A program made the translations under genes and the position numbers. Below the pieces are notes generated by a model. That model searched no databases and was not told where the DNA came from. It saw only the letters and a program-made list of their open reading frames with translations. DNA of 62,174 nucleotides from Patescibacteria group bacterium (GTDB lineage: Bacteria > Patescibacteriota > Microgenomatia > Levybacterales > GWA1-39-11): contig DASZRG010000026.1 of NCBI GenBank assembly GCA_035549295.1, forward strand, positions 1 to 62,174. The letters are read 5' to 3'. Positions 46,714 to 55,026 of the stretch are shown here, piece after piece (position 1 is the first letter of the stretch; every line of letters begins with the position of its first letter).

Positions 46714-49356
46714 TTAGATCACGAAATTGATTATCTTGCCAGGGACGTAAACTACCTTCTTCACTACTACTCCGTCAACGTAAGAAGCGACTACCTCGCG
46801 TGCCCTCTCCTCAACCCTCGCCTTATTCTCGATACTGGATACTGAATACTCAATACTGATTTCCCCTCGTCTCTTACCATTCACCTGGACAGGAATGACT
46901 ACTTCATCCTGTACGAGATACTTCTCATCATACTCCGGCCAGTTCTGCGTATGTATGCTTTGGCTCTTAACGGTTAGCTCTTGGCTCTTGGTTTTTTCTA
47001 ACCCCAAACCCCCAACTGCCAAACGCTGCCACAGCTCCTCCGCCAGATGCGGGGCGAATGGAGCCATGACTCTCAGGAATTTTTCCCATACCTCACTCCA
47101 ATTTATCTTAGTGCCAAGTTTTTGAGCATCGGTTAGGTCGTTGTAGAATTCCATCATTGTTGATATCGCAGTGTTGAAGCGCATTCCCTCGATATCATCT
47201 GTTATTTTCTTTATCGTACTATTTAGAAGTATATCAATCTGTTTATCTTGCTCTTTATTTTCGAGTGCATGTGTCTCCTCAAAGAGTCTATAGATCTTTT
47301 TAATAAAGCGCGACATCCCCTCAACTCCAGTAAGACTCCAAGGCTTCATCGCGTCAAATGGACCAAGGAACATCTCGTACATGCGCAGCGTATCAGCTCC
47401 GTATTTAGGGATAATATCATCTGGTGTTACGACATTGTGCCATCGTTTACTCATCTTTCGCGAGTCAGGTCCCAAAATCCAGCCTGGCGCACGAAGCTTG
47501 AGAAATGGCTCCTCACCTAGAGACTTCTCGATATATCCTGCGTCAAATATAACTTTCCAGAAGAATCGAGCAAATAGAAGATGTTGCACCACATGTCCCC
47601 CACCAACATAGACATCGACCGGAAGCCATTTTGCGATAGCTTCACGTGATGCGAATTCTTTTTCATTTTTGGGATCAACAAATCTCAAAAAGTACCATGA
47701 TGAGTCGACAAATGTATCCATAGTGTCGACCTCTCGACTTGCTGGTCCACCACATCCAGGACATGTGACACCTTCTTGAAAAGACTTTGACAAGGCTATC
47801 GGCGATTTACCAGTAGGTCTGAAATCAACATCGTGAGGAAGGAGAATCGGCAAATCTGACTCGGGAGCGGGATACCAACCAGCGTAATCGTCATTGCGAG
47901 GAGTCGAAGACGACGAAGCAATCTCCCGCGCTGAGACTGCCGCGCTATCGCTCGCAGTGACATTTTCTGTGAACCAAGATTTCCCATCGTGGGCGCACGA
48001 CTCACAATAGATCATAGGGATTGGAACTCCCCAATAACGTTGTCTTGATATCAGCCAATCTCGGAGATGATAAGTCGTCTTTTTCTCACCTATTTTCTTC
48101 TTATCAAGATCTGATATAACCTTATCAAATTCATCAGGCATCATAAGTCCATCCCAATCGCCTGAATTTTTGAGCACGCCACTCCCCACATATGCCTCAC
48201 TTAAATCTTTTGTCGTATCATCTTTTGATTTGAAGATTACTTGCTTTATTGGCAAGTTGAACTTGGTGGCAAATTCAAAATCGCGCTCGTCATGTGCCGG
48301 TACGGCCATGATCGCGCCAGTCCCATAGCCCATAAGTACATAGTCAGCTATCCAGACAGGTATCTTTTCGCCTGATACAGGATTTATACAATATAGGCCA
48401 GAAAATACTCCAGTTTTTTCTTTGTTCTCTCGTCTATCAGCATCACTCTTTGCTTTCGCCTCAGCCACATAACTTTTTACATCTTCTATATCGTAAGGAT
48501 CATTTAATATATCATTATCAGTTTTTGATATTTGCTTTCTGATATTCGATATTTCTTCTACTACAGGGTGTTCAGGTGACAAAACCAAGAATGTTGCGCC
48601 GTATAGCGTATCTGGTCGAGTTGTAAAAACATTGATTTCACGGTCTAAACCATCGATTTTAAATTCTATCAAAGCACCATCGGATCTGCCAATCCAGTTC
48701 TTCTGCTGGGTCTTAACTTCCTCGAGCCAATCAATACCGGCAAGATCATCGATCAGTCGATCAGCATAGTCAGTAATCTTGAAGAACCACTGATTGAGCT
48801 TCTTCTTGATAACCTCATCGCCAGAGCGTTCACACTTGCCATCAACCACCTGCTCGTTGGCCAGCACTGTCTCGCAGGACGGACACCAGTTAACATCTGC
48901 TTCCTGCTTGTAGGCAAGACCCATCTTGAAGAACAATGTAAATAGCCACTGAGTCCAGCGATAGTATTCAGGGCTACTCGTATCTATCTCATGACTCCAA
49001 TCGTATGAGAGTCCTACGCTTCTGAGCTGACGCTTAAAGGTCTTGATATTCTCATGAGTTGATTCATCAGGGTGAATTCCAGTCTTGATAGCATAATTTT
49101 CAGCAGGTAGTCCAAAAGCGTCCCACCCCATCGGATGCAAAACGCTTGCGCCTTTCATGCGAAAGTAGCGAGATATGATATCAGTACCCACGTAGCCTTC
49201 TATATGCCCCACATGAAGAGTCGCGCCAGATGGATAAGGGAACATATCAAGAACGTATTTTTTGTTCGCACCCGACTCATCGGTCTGATAGAGACCACTC
49301 TCCTCCCATTTTTTTTGCCACTTGGCCTCTATTTTTGAAGGATCATATTGATTCAT
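46714..49356 (-). CDS. leuS: Leucine--tRNA ligase carrying lineage-specific insertions
   Basis: PYPSGATLHVGHIEGY (HIGH region), KMSKRWHN (KMSKS) and the C-terminal VQVNGKRRG...VVYVPGKIINFV. Confidence 0.95.
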   Translation of the reverse strand: MNQYDPSKIEAKWQKKWEESGLYQTDESGANKKYVLDMFPYPSGATLHVGHIEGYVGTDIISRYFRMKGASVLHPMGWDAFGLPAENYAIKTGIHPDESTHENIKTFKRQLRSVGLSYDWSHEIDTSSPEYYRWTQWLFTLFFKMGLAYKQEADVNWCPSCETVLANEQVVDGKCERSGDEVIKKKLNQWFFKITDYADRLIDDLAGIDWLEEVKTQQKNWIGRSDGALIEFKIDGLDREINVFTTRPDTLYGATFLVLSPEHPVVEEISNIRKQISKTDNDILNDPYDIEDVKSYVAEAKAKSDADRRENKEKTGVFSGLYCINPVSGEKIPVWIADYVLMGYGTGAIMAVPAHDERDFEFATKFNLPIKQVIFKSKDDTTKDLSEAYVGSGVLKNSGDWDGLMMPDEFDKVISDLDKKKIGEKKTTYHLRDWLISRQRYWGVPIPMIYCESCAHDGKSWFTENVTASDSAAVSAREIASSSSTPRNDDYAGWYPAPESDLPILLPHDVDFRPTGKSPIALSKSFQEGVTCPGCGGPASREVDTMDTFVDSSWYFLRFVDPKNEKEFASREAIAKWLPVDVYVGGGHVVQHLLFARFFWKVIFDAGYIEKSLGEEPFLKLRAPGWILGPDSRKMSKRWHNVVTPDDIIPKYGADTLRMYEMFLGPFDAMKPWSLTGVEGMSRFIKKIYRLFEETHALENKEQDKQIDILLNSTIKKITDDIEGMRFNTAISTMMEFYNDLTDAQKLGTKINWSEVWEKFLRVMAPFAPHLAEELWQRLAVGGLGLEKTKSQELTVKSQSIHTQNWPEYDEKYLVQDEVVIPVQVNGKRRGEISIEYSVSSIENKARVEERAREVVASYVDGVVVKKVVYVPGKIINFVI

Positions 49357-49369
49357 AAGGCTAATTATA
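49357..49369 (-). promoter_or_regulatory. TATAAT placed 7 nt before the leuS ATG (predicted leaderless)
   Basis: The minus strand reads TATAAT-TAGCCTT-ATG. Confidence 0.5.
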
Positions 49370-49602
49370 ATCTAAATAGACTCAAATATGAAATATTAAA
49401 TACCAAAAATCAAAAATACATATTAAAAATAAAATATTTCAGATCTTCTATGTATATCTGCTATTTTCTTTTTAAGATTTAATTTGATGTTATAATTCAA
49501 ATCAATTGAGGGATTATCCCAAAGCTGACTAGTCGATAGTAAGGGGCGGGATATTCCAGCTCTTTACCAATTCGACACGGATTCAGAGAAAGGAATCGAA
49601 CA

Positions 49603-49881
49603 TTGAACCTAGAGGGATGGATTCTTTGCATCAGCATCTGGGGAATCGCTGGAGGAGCATGTTTCTATGGCTACCTTCGAACAAATGGATTCCCACGCAA
49701 GCTTCAGTCAATTTCGCTTACCATTACGTTCGTTTCAATCTTAGCTTTAGCTATGGTCGAGGCGAAAGCTCTCATCTATAGCCTGAGCCCAAATCCAGAC
49801 TGGGGCGGGATCGGTGCTGGTCTAGTAGCAATCTTGCTTTTCATGATAGCAAGACAACTTTACCCGCACCACAGAATCTGA
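49603..49881 (+). CDS. Small membrane protein (about 3 TM helices)
   Basis: TTG start with AAAGGAA upstream; hydrophobic segments WILCISIWGIAGGACFYGYL, ISLTITFVSILALAMV and GIGAGLVAILLFMIA. Confidence 0.5.
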   Translation: MNLEGWILCISIWGIAGGACFYGYLRTNGFPRKLQSISLTITFVSILALAMVEAKALIYSLSPNPDWGGIGAGLVAILLFMIARQLYPHHRI

Positions 49882-49908
49882 GAAATATAGGAAGAAAGGG
49901 AGATGTAA

Positions 49909-50256
49909 ATGACCTCAGTACCCGAGGAAAAAAACGTACAGTCAGCGGATCTGGGAACAGTGACGCTGACAATCGGAGAAAACGAACCCGTAGAGCTTTT
50001 CATTCCCAACACAGGTTTGGGAGGATACGCCACATGGTTCGACGTGTTACTACACAACACCAGACCTCTCTCATCGAATATCTCCTATCTCACGATCTCA
50101 AGTGGTAACTACGGAAACCGAGTACAAAAGATTGGAGATCTGGAAGGGGTTTTGGGCGTTGAGTTCAATGGTCAAGTACACTCAATGGAAGGACGTATAC
50201 CTCGAATTCGAGCTATGCAAGGCGATAGGATCAAATTCTATCGACTTAAGACTTAG
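49909..50256 (+). CDS. Hypothetical small soluble protein
   Basis: 115 aa with a strong ribosome-binding site. No family recognised. Confidence 0.55.
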   Translation: MTSVPEEKNVQSADLGTVTLTIGENEPVELFIPNTGLGGYATWFDVLLHNTRPLSSNISYLTISSGNYGNRVQKIGDLEGVLGVEFNGQVHSMEGRIPRIRAMQGDRIKFYRLKT

Positions 50257-50351
50257 ACCAAGAAGAAGACCATCGAAGACCCTGGACTCTACTACGAAGG
50301 TTAGTCAAACGCATCACAGATTCTGAGGACCAGATCGGATAGGAGGATCCG

Positions 50352-50771
50352 ATGCAAACAGCAAAAGCGACTTGGCGCGAAGCTCTCAATTCTTGCTTCA
50401 CCGTCATCTCGTTGCTGCTCGAGATCATCTTGTATACTTTCATAGTATACCTTAGACTCCTACCTCCTCTGGAGATGGAGACGTATAACAATGTAAGGGG
50501 GTTACTGATGGAAGACCTTGACTTGCTCACGAAGTGGTCGTTCTATGCGACGGTCACCCTTGAATCAATCGAGGAGGAGATCACAGAGAGAGCCTTGATG
50601 TGGGGATCAGCAACCGCGATCATCTGGACCCTCATCACGATCGGAAACGGAATAACACCGAATCCAATCTCGCTAGGACTTTTCGCGGTAGCCTTGTTCG
50701 CAGGAGGAATACTCACGCGGATACGACTTGACAATTTAGATCGACCCAAGATCAAAGCCAATCCCTATTAA
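50352..50771 (+). CDS. Small membrane protein (about 3 TM helices)
   Basis: 139 aa with a strong ribosome-binding site; hydrophobic segments CFTVISLLLEIILYTFIVYL, SATAIIWTLITIG and ISLGLFAVALFAGGIL. Confidence 0.55.
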   Translation: MQTAKATWREALNSCFTVISLLLEIILYTFIVYLRLLPPLEMETYNNVRGLLMEDLDLLTKWSFYATVTLESIEEEITERALMWGSATAIIWTLITIGNGITPNPISLGLFAVALFAGGILTRIRLDNLDRPKIKANPY

Positions 50772-50797
50772 CACCGTGTCGAGAAATTCGCGCTTTT

Positions 50798-50816
50798 CGC
50801 CTCCCTTTGGGAGGCG
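50798..50816 (+). terminator. Hairpin CGCCTCCC-TTT-GGGAGGCG after islet 3 (no U tract)
   Basis: 8-bp GC stem located 27 nt after the stop at 50771. Confidence 0.4.
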
Positions 50817-51049
50817 GAATTCTGATTCATATCAGAACCAAACCAACCCTGAATCAAGTTCAGGATAAACAAATAAGCGCACGACACCATTTAGCAATTA
50901 GCGTTTAGCGTTTAGATAAAATTCTAATGGCTAACTGCCAACCCCCAAGCGCCAACAGCAAGCTCCAGAACCTCCCTAATACCCAATACCAGATACTTGA
51001 TACCCTCGGTACTGGATACTGGATACTCAATACTATATACTTAATTACG

Positions 51050-51652
51050 ATGAAGCTCTTCACCCAATCTCTTTCAATTTTCTTAGCACTCGCCATAGTA
51101 CTAGTGATAACCAACACTCCACTCGACGACTATATTACTGTTATCTTAGGCATACTTATAATCTTTTCCATCATTTACGGAATTATCAAAAGGCGCGGCA
51201 AAAAAGATGAGGAGATATTTTCTGGATCTGCTCTTGAGGTATCGGGTGTTTCAATGATCCTGCTTCTTGCTATCTTTCTCACAGGGGGCCTTACTTCAAA
51301 CCTATTTTTCTTGCTCTACTTTCTCATGTTTGGGCTTGTTTTTCTGTTTGAGCCTGCAACGGTATTTGTACTCTTGATAGGACTTCTAGTAGTCTTCTTC
51401 ACATCTATATCTGATGGCGATCTATTCTCCAATCTGATAAGACTCGGCTCACTCGTCTTTCTATCCCCCATCTCATACTTCTTTGGCCGTGAGTTCCAAC
51501 GTCGCGAGAAACTTGCAGATGAAATCAATGATAAAACAGGCCAGATCATCGAAGACGCCGAGACCCTCAAATCCCATACAAAGAACTCTGATGCTATTGA
51601 TGAAATTGAAGATATCGAGAAGAAAGCCAAAGAGCTGAGGAATAAAGAATAA
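51050..51652 (+). CDS. Polytopic membrane protein with an acidic coiled-coil C-terminus
   Basis: Track ORF 50927-51652 begins inside word-repeat DNA. The ATG at 51050 (MKLFTQSLSIFLALAIVLV) is preceded by TATACT 8 nt upstream. Confidence 0.6.
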   Translation: MKLFTQSLSIFLALAIVLVITNTPLDDYITVILGILIIFSIIYGIIKRRGKKDEEIFSGSALEVSGVSMILLLAIFLTGGLTSNLFFLLYFLMFGLVFLFEPATVFVLLIGLLVVFFTSISDGDLFSNLIRLGSLVFLSPISYFFGREFQRREKLADEINDKTGQIIEDAETLKSHTKNSDAIDEIEDIEKKAKELRNKE

Positions 51653-51658
51653 CGAAGA

Positions 51659-52045
51659 ATGAATAATGATCAAAACGCTAAAATAAGATCATTTACTGAT
51701 TTAAACGCTTGGAAAGAGGGTCACAAACTAGTCCTACTTATATACAAAATAACAGCCAATTTTCCAAAGTCAGAAACTTATTCAATAGTAGATCAAATGA
51801 GACGCGCAGCAGCTTCGATTACGGCTAACCTTGCAGAAGGCTTTACTAGACAATACTATAGAGAGAAGATTCAATTCTATTATTTATCAAAAGGCTCTCT
51901 AGTTGAGCTTAAAAACTTTCTCTTAATATCAAAAGATGTCAGTTATTTAACTGAAATTGAATTTAAACAACTAATGGATCAGGCAGATTCTGTTGACCAA
52001 TTAATTCAAGGATTTATTCGAAAAAGCAGAACTTTCCTAAAATGA
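51659..52045 (+). CDS. Four-helix-bundle protein (23S rRNA intervening-sequence protein / Avd-like family)
   Basis: FTDLNAWKEGHKLVLLIYKITANFPKSETYSIVDQMRRAAASITANLAEGF. The stop overlaps the next ATG (ATGA). Confidence 0.8.
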   Translation: MNNDQNAKIRSFTDLNAWKEGHKLVLLIYKITANFPKSETYSIVDQMRRAAASITANLAEGFTRQYYREKIQFYYLSKGSLVELKNFLLISKDVSYLTEIEFKQLMDQADSVDQLIQGFIRKSRTFLK

Positions 52046-52779
52046 AATATATAGCTTCACTCGTCTTATTCATTATTCTTTATTCTTTATTCATTATTCA
52101 TGATGCTCATGCTCAGACGATGAGTAACGGATCATATATACTAGAGCAAGGGAATCTCAATTCCTTTGCAGGCAAAGCTACCGGATCAAACAACAAAGTC
52201 ACTTTCTCCTCGGGTACAACCGCCCAAGGAGTCTACACAGGCACAAATTATAAAATAAGGCAGGGCTTTCAGTATACTCAGTCGGCTGCCGGTAGCGGTT
52301 CATTTACATTTACAATATCTAGCGGGTCAATAAGTTTTGGCACAATTAACCCAGGAGAACCTATCACCCGAAATAGTACTCTGCTAATCTCGAGCCCGGA
52401 TTCAGGCTATCAAGTAATAGCATCTGAAGATCACAGCATGAGAAACTCAAATAGAGTTGATATTCCAGATACCAAATGCGATGATGGCAATTGCTCTGAG
52501 ACTCAATCCTCACTATGGACTTCCCCATTAACATTCGGATTTGGGTACAGATGTGACAATACAGCTTCGTCTCCTTGCGTTTCAGACTTTTTAACCTATG
52601 ATTCTTACCGTCAATTCGCGAATAAAGAGGCTTCAGAAAGTGCGCAAACAATCATGTCGAGTGATAATCCGGTAACAAATAATCAGTCAACAATAACTTA
52701 TAAAGTAAATATTTCGGGCTCGCAGGCCCCAGGAACATATCAAAATAGCATCTTGTATATCGCCTCCCCCTCCCTTTAG
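52042..52779 (+). CDS. Secreted protein, possibly WxL-like surface protein
   Basis: Signal peptide MKYIASLVLFIILYSLFIIHDAHA and C-terminal GTYQNSILYIASPSL. The family assignment is tentative. Confidence 0.6.
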   Translation: MKYIASLVLFIILYSLFIIHDAHAQTMSNGSYILEQGNLNSFAGKATGSNNKVTFSSGTTAQGVYTGTNYKIRQGFQYTQSAAGSGSFTFTISSGSISFGTINPGEPITRNSTLLISSPDSGYQVIASEDHSMRNSNRVDIPDTKCDDGNCSETQSSLWTSPLTFGFGYRCDNTASSPCVSDFLTYDSYRQFANKEASESAQTIMSSDNPVTNNQSTITYKVNISGSQAPGTYQNSILYIASPSL

Positions 52780-53205
52780 CTTCCCAATTAACCAATTATC
52801 AAATTCCAATTCACCAAACCAAACATCAATTTTAAATTGTTTAAACATTAAACATTTCTTAATTGGTTTGAAAATTGATTAATTGATCAATTGAAAATTT
52901 ATTTGGCCTTGGGTACTGTACAATAACTTACTCAAAAACCTATCACTTGAACTACTCTTTTGCCATTATCAGATTTTAGTCTAGGCCAAATATTTTGATC
53001 AGTTTGATATAGTCTATTTTTTCCCCGCAAAACATCATTTTTAGGTCTAAAATGACCTATTTTCTAGAAATTTTCTAATTATTATTACCGCACTAGCCTC
53101 AGTTTTTACCGAAAAACTATATGACTTTTTTGATCAAATAAATCATTTATGCCAACACAACGGCATTTATACCGCCGTTATATTTGCTATGAAAATTTAC
53201 CGCAG

Positions 53206-53220
53206 TGGTATAATCAAATT
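53206..53220 (+). promoter_or_regulatory. Extended -10 promoter TGgTATAAT placed 6 nt before the ATG (predicted leaderless)
   Basis: TATAAT at 53209-53214 and ATG at 53221. Confidence 0.55.
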
Positions 53221-54237
53221 ATGAAATTATCACCCAGGCATAGAGCTCTAAAATTATTATTTTCTTTATTCATTATTCTTTATTCATTATTCTTTATTCC
53301 TATAGGGGTTAATGCCGATAGCAACTCCTTCTCCCTCTCCATCTCACCTTCGATAACTGAAATAGTTGCAACTCCTCCTGCAAGCGTTGAGTCAAGAATA
53401 AGTATAGAGAACAAGTCAGGAAAAGAAGAAGACTTAAACATCAGCTTCATGCCCTTTAAAATGTCAAAGGCTTCAAATGGGAACATTGAATATATAAACG
53501 GGCAAGATAGCAACTTCGAACAAATAAGGTCAAAAATAAGTATTTACGACGGAAATAATGCCATCACGAGTGTCAAGCTCAATCCTTATGAGGAAAAGGA
53601 TTTAAAGCTAAAAATAAATATAGATGACTCGGCAGGTAAGAATGACTATTACTTCTCAGTTGTATTTGCAGCGAGCGATAATACTCTCAAGCCAAATTCT
53701 TCACAAACCTCAGGTGGGATAGCAACAAACATAATATTAACCACAAATGAAGCTGAAAAACCAAGCGGGCATATAGCTGACTTCTCGACTCCATTCTTTG
53801 AGAATCGAGGACCAGTTCCATTTACTTTACTTCTTGTCAATGATGGAGATCACTATATGATCCCTCGCGGACGAATAAGCCTTAAGGATATGTTTGGCCG
53901 TGATCTTGAAAGAATCGATATAAAGCCTGAATATATACTGGGTCATGGACAGCGATATTTAACTCAATACATTGATGAAAAAAACAATTCAACAATTAAA
54001 ACAATAAATCAATATAAGAATAATTCTGGGCACCCCATACTTATCTGGCCTCAAACGTTTCTTTTTGGAATATACAATGCAACGGCAGTTATAAAACTCT
54101 CAGACAGTGGCCCAACATTTACTACCACTACATCTTTTATTTCTATGCCTATATATCTTATTTTGCCAATTACTATATTCTCTGCAATCCTTCTGGGGAT
54201 CTATATCAAAGTGAAACAAAAGTCGGAAAAAAAATAG
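53221..54237 (+). CDS. Cell-surface protein with signal peptide and C-terminal TM anchor (architecture resembles DUF916/DUF3324)
   Basis: MKLSPRHRALKLLFSLFIILYSLFFIPIGVNA, with C-terminus IYLILPITIFSAILLGIYIKVKQKSEKK. Track ORF 53149-54237 starts upstream of the promoter. Confidence 0.65.
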   Translation: MKLSPRHRALKLLFSLFIILYSLFFIPIGVNADSNSFSLSISPSITEIVATPPASVESRISIENKSGKEEDLNISFMPFKMSKASNGNIEYINGQDSNFEQIRSKISIYDGNNAITSVKLNPYEEKDLKLKINIDDSAGKNDYYFSVVFAASDNTLKPNSSQTSGGIATNIILTTNEAEKPSGHIADFSTPFFENRGPVPFTLLLVNDGDHYMIPRGRISLKDMFGRDLERIDIKPEYILGHGQRYLTQYIDEKNNSTIKTINQYKNNSGHPILIWPQTFLFGIYNATAVIKLSDSGPTFTTTTSFISMPIYLILPITIFSAILLGIYIKVKQKSEKK

Positions 54238-54853
54238 AATCAGCATATATATTTGGCTTAAAGCTAGAGTTTTAAGCCATTTTTATCCCCGCAAAATACT
54301 ATATACAGCTAAATTTACCCGTGCCTAATTTATTGAGAGAATATTTAAGTTTTTCTACTAATCTCTTACGGCTTGGAGTAAATATTTTAAAAAGCCACTC
54401 TTCTGGCGCACAAAAAGAATAAAAAAGCGGTGTTTAAGAAAAAGTAAGGAGTTGGTAATAAAAGGGTTATTTAAATTTATACTGTTAAATTAAGCCAAAA
54501 AGGCCATCAAAACACTCTATCAATTGACCACATCGATTGATAATTGGATTATCAACCACTCTCAAAAGAAACTACTGTAAGAATACCTAACAAGTTATAG
54601 TACTTAAAGATTGATAGAGCAATAAGAGCGTGAAACAATAGTGAAAAAGTACCCTATCAAAATACATCAACCACAAAAAAAGCTGAATTCAGACATAATG
54701 ATATACTTTGATATAAATTTTGGTCAACGTGAAACATATTTTTACGGTAAAAAAGTCATTTCACGGTAATAACTGAACTTTTCATAGTCCCTATTTCTCC
54801 AAATAAATAGATCATTATATATCAAATAGCCTTGACTATTAAACTCTAGGTTA

Positions 54854-54881
54854 TTGACAATAAATATAGTGATAGGATAAT
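54854..54881 (+). promoter_or_regulatory. Sigma-70-like promoter TTGACA-N16-GATAAT upstream of the giant gene at 55027
   Basis: TTGACA at 54854-54859 and GATAAT at 54876-54881, about 145 nt before the ATG. Confidence 0.45.
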
Positions 54882-55026
54882 CTTTATGAGATCGGTAAAT
54901 AATCAGTATAATATGTATAATCTTGAGGCTAGTATAAATTCAACAAATATTACGGTAATCTTCATCGTGAAAAACTATTCTATGGCTGGGTTTCACAAAA
55001 TAGGAAATATATTAACACTTTAAAAA

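Larger units (their letters stand above)
49500..50830. other. Compositionally distinct islet 3: three small Shine-Dalgarno-led ORFs, two of them membrane proteins
   Basis: AAGGGAG lies 6 nt before the ATG at 49909 and AGGAGG lies 5 nt before the ATG at 50352. Hand counts of two lines give 48% and 57% GC. Confidence 0.5.

Noticed and set aside
50927-51049. N-terminal 41 residues of track ORF 50927-51652
   Set aside because: They are encoded by spacer words (CCAACCCCCAAGCGCCAACAGC, GGATACTGGATACTCAATACT). The ATG at 51050 gives a normal TM N-terminus and has a -10 box upstream.
51659-52045. The Avd-like four-helix-bundle protein as a marker of a diversity-generating retroelement
   Set aside because: The window contains no reverse transcriptase. 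I could not find a template/variable repeat pair with adenine-specific differences, and the neighbouring proteins show no C-type-lectin-like variable C-terminus.
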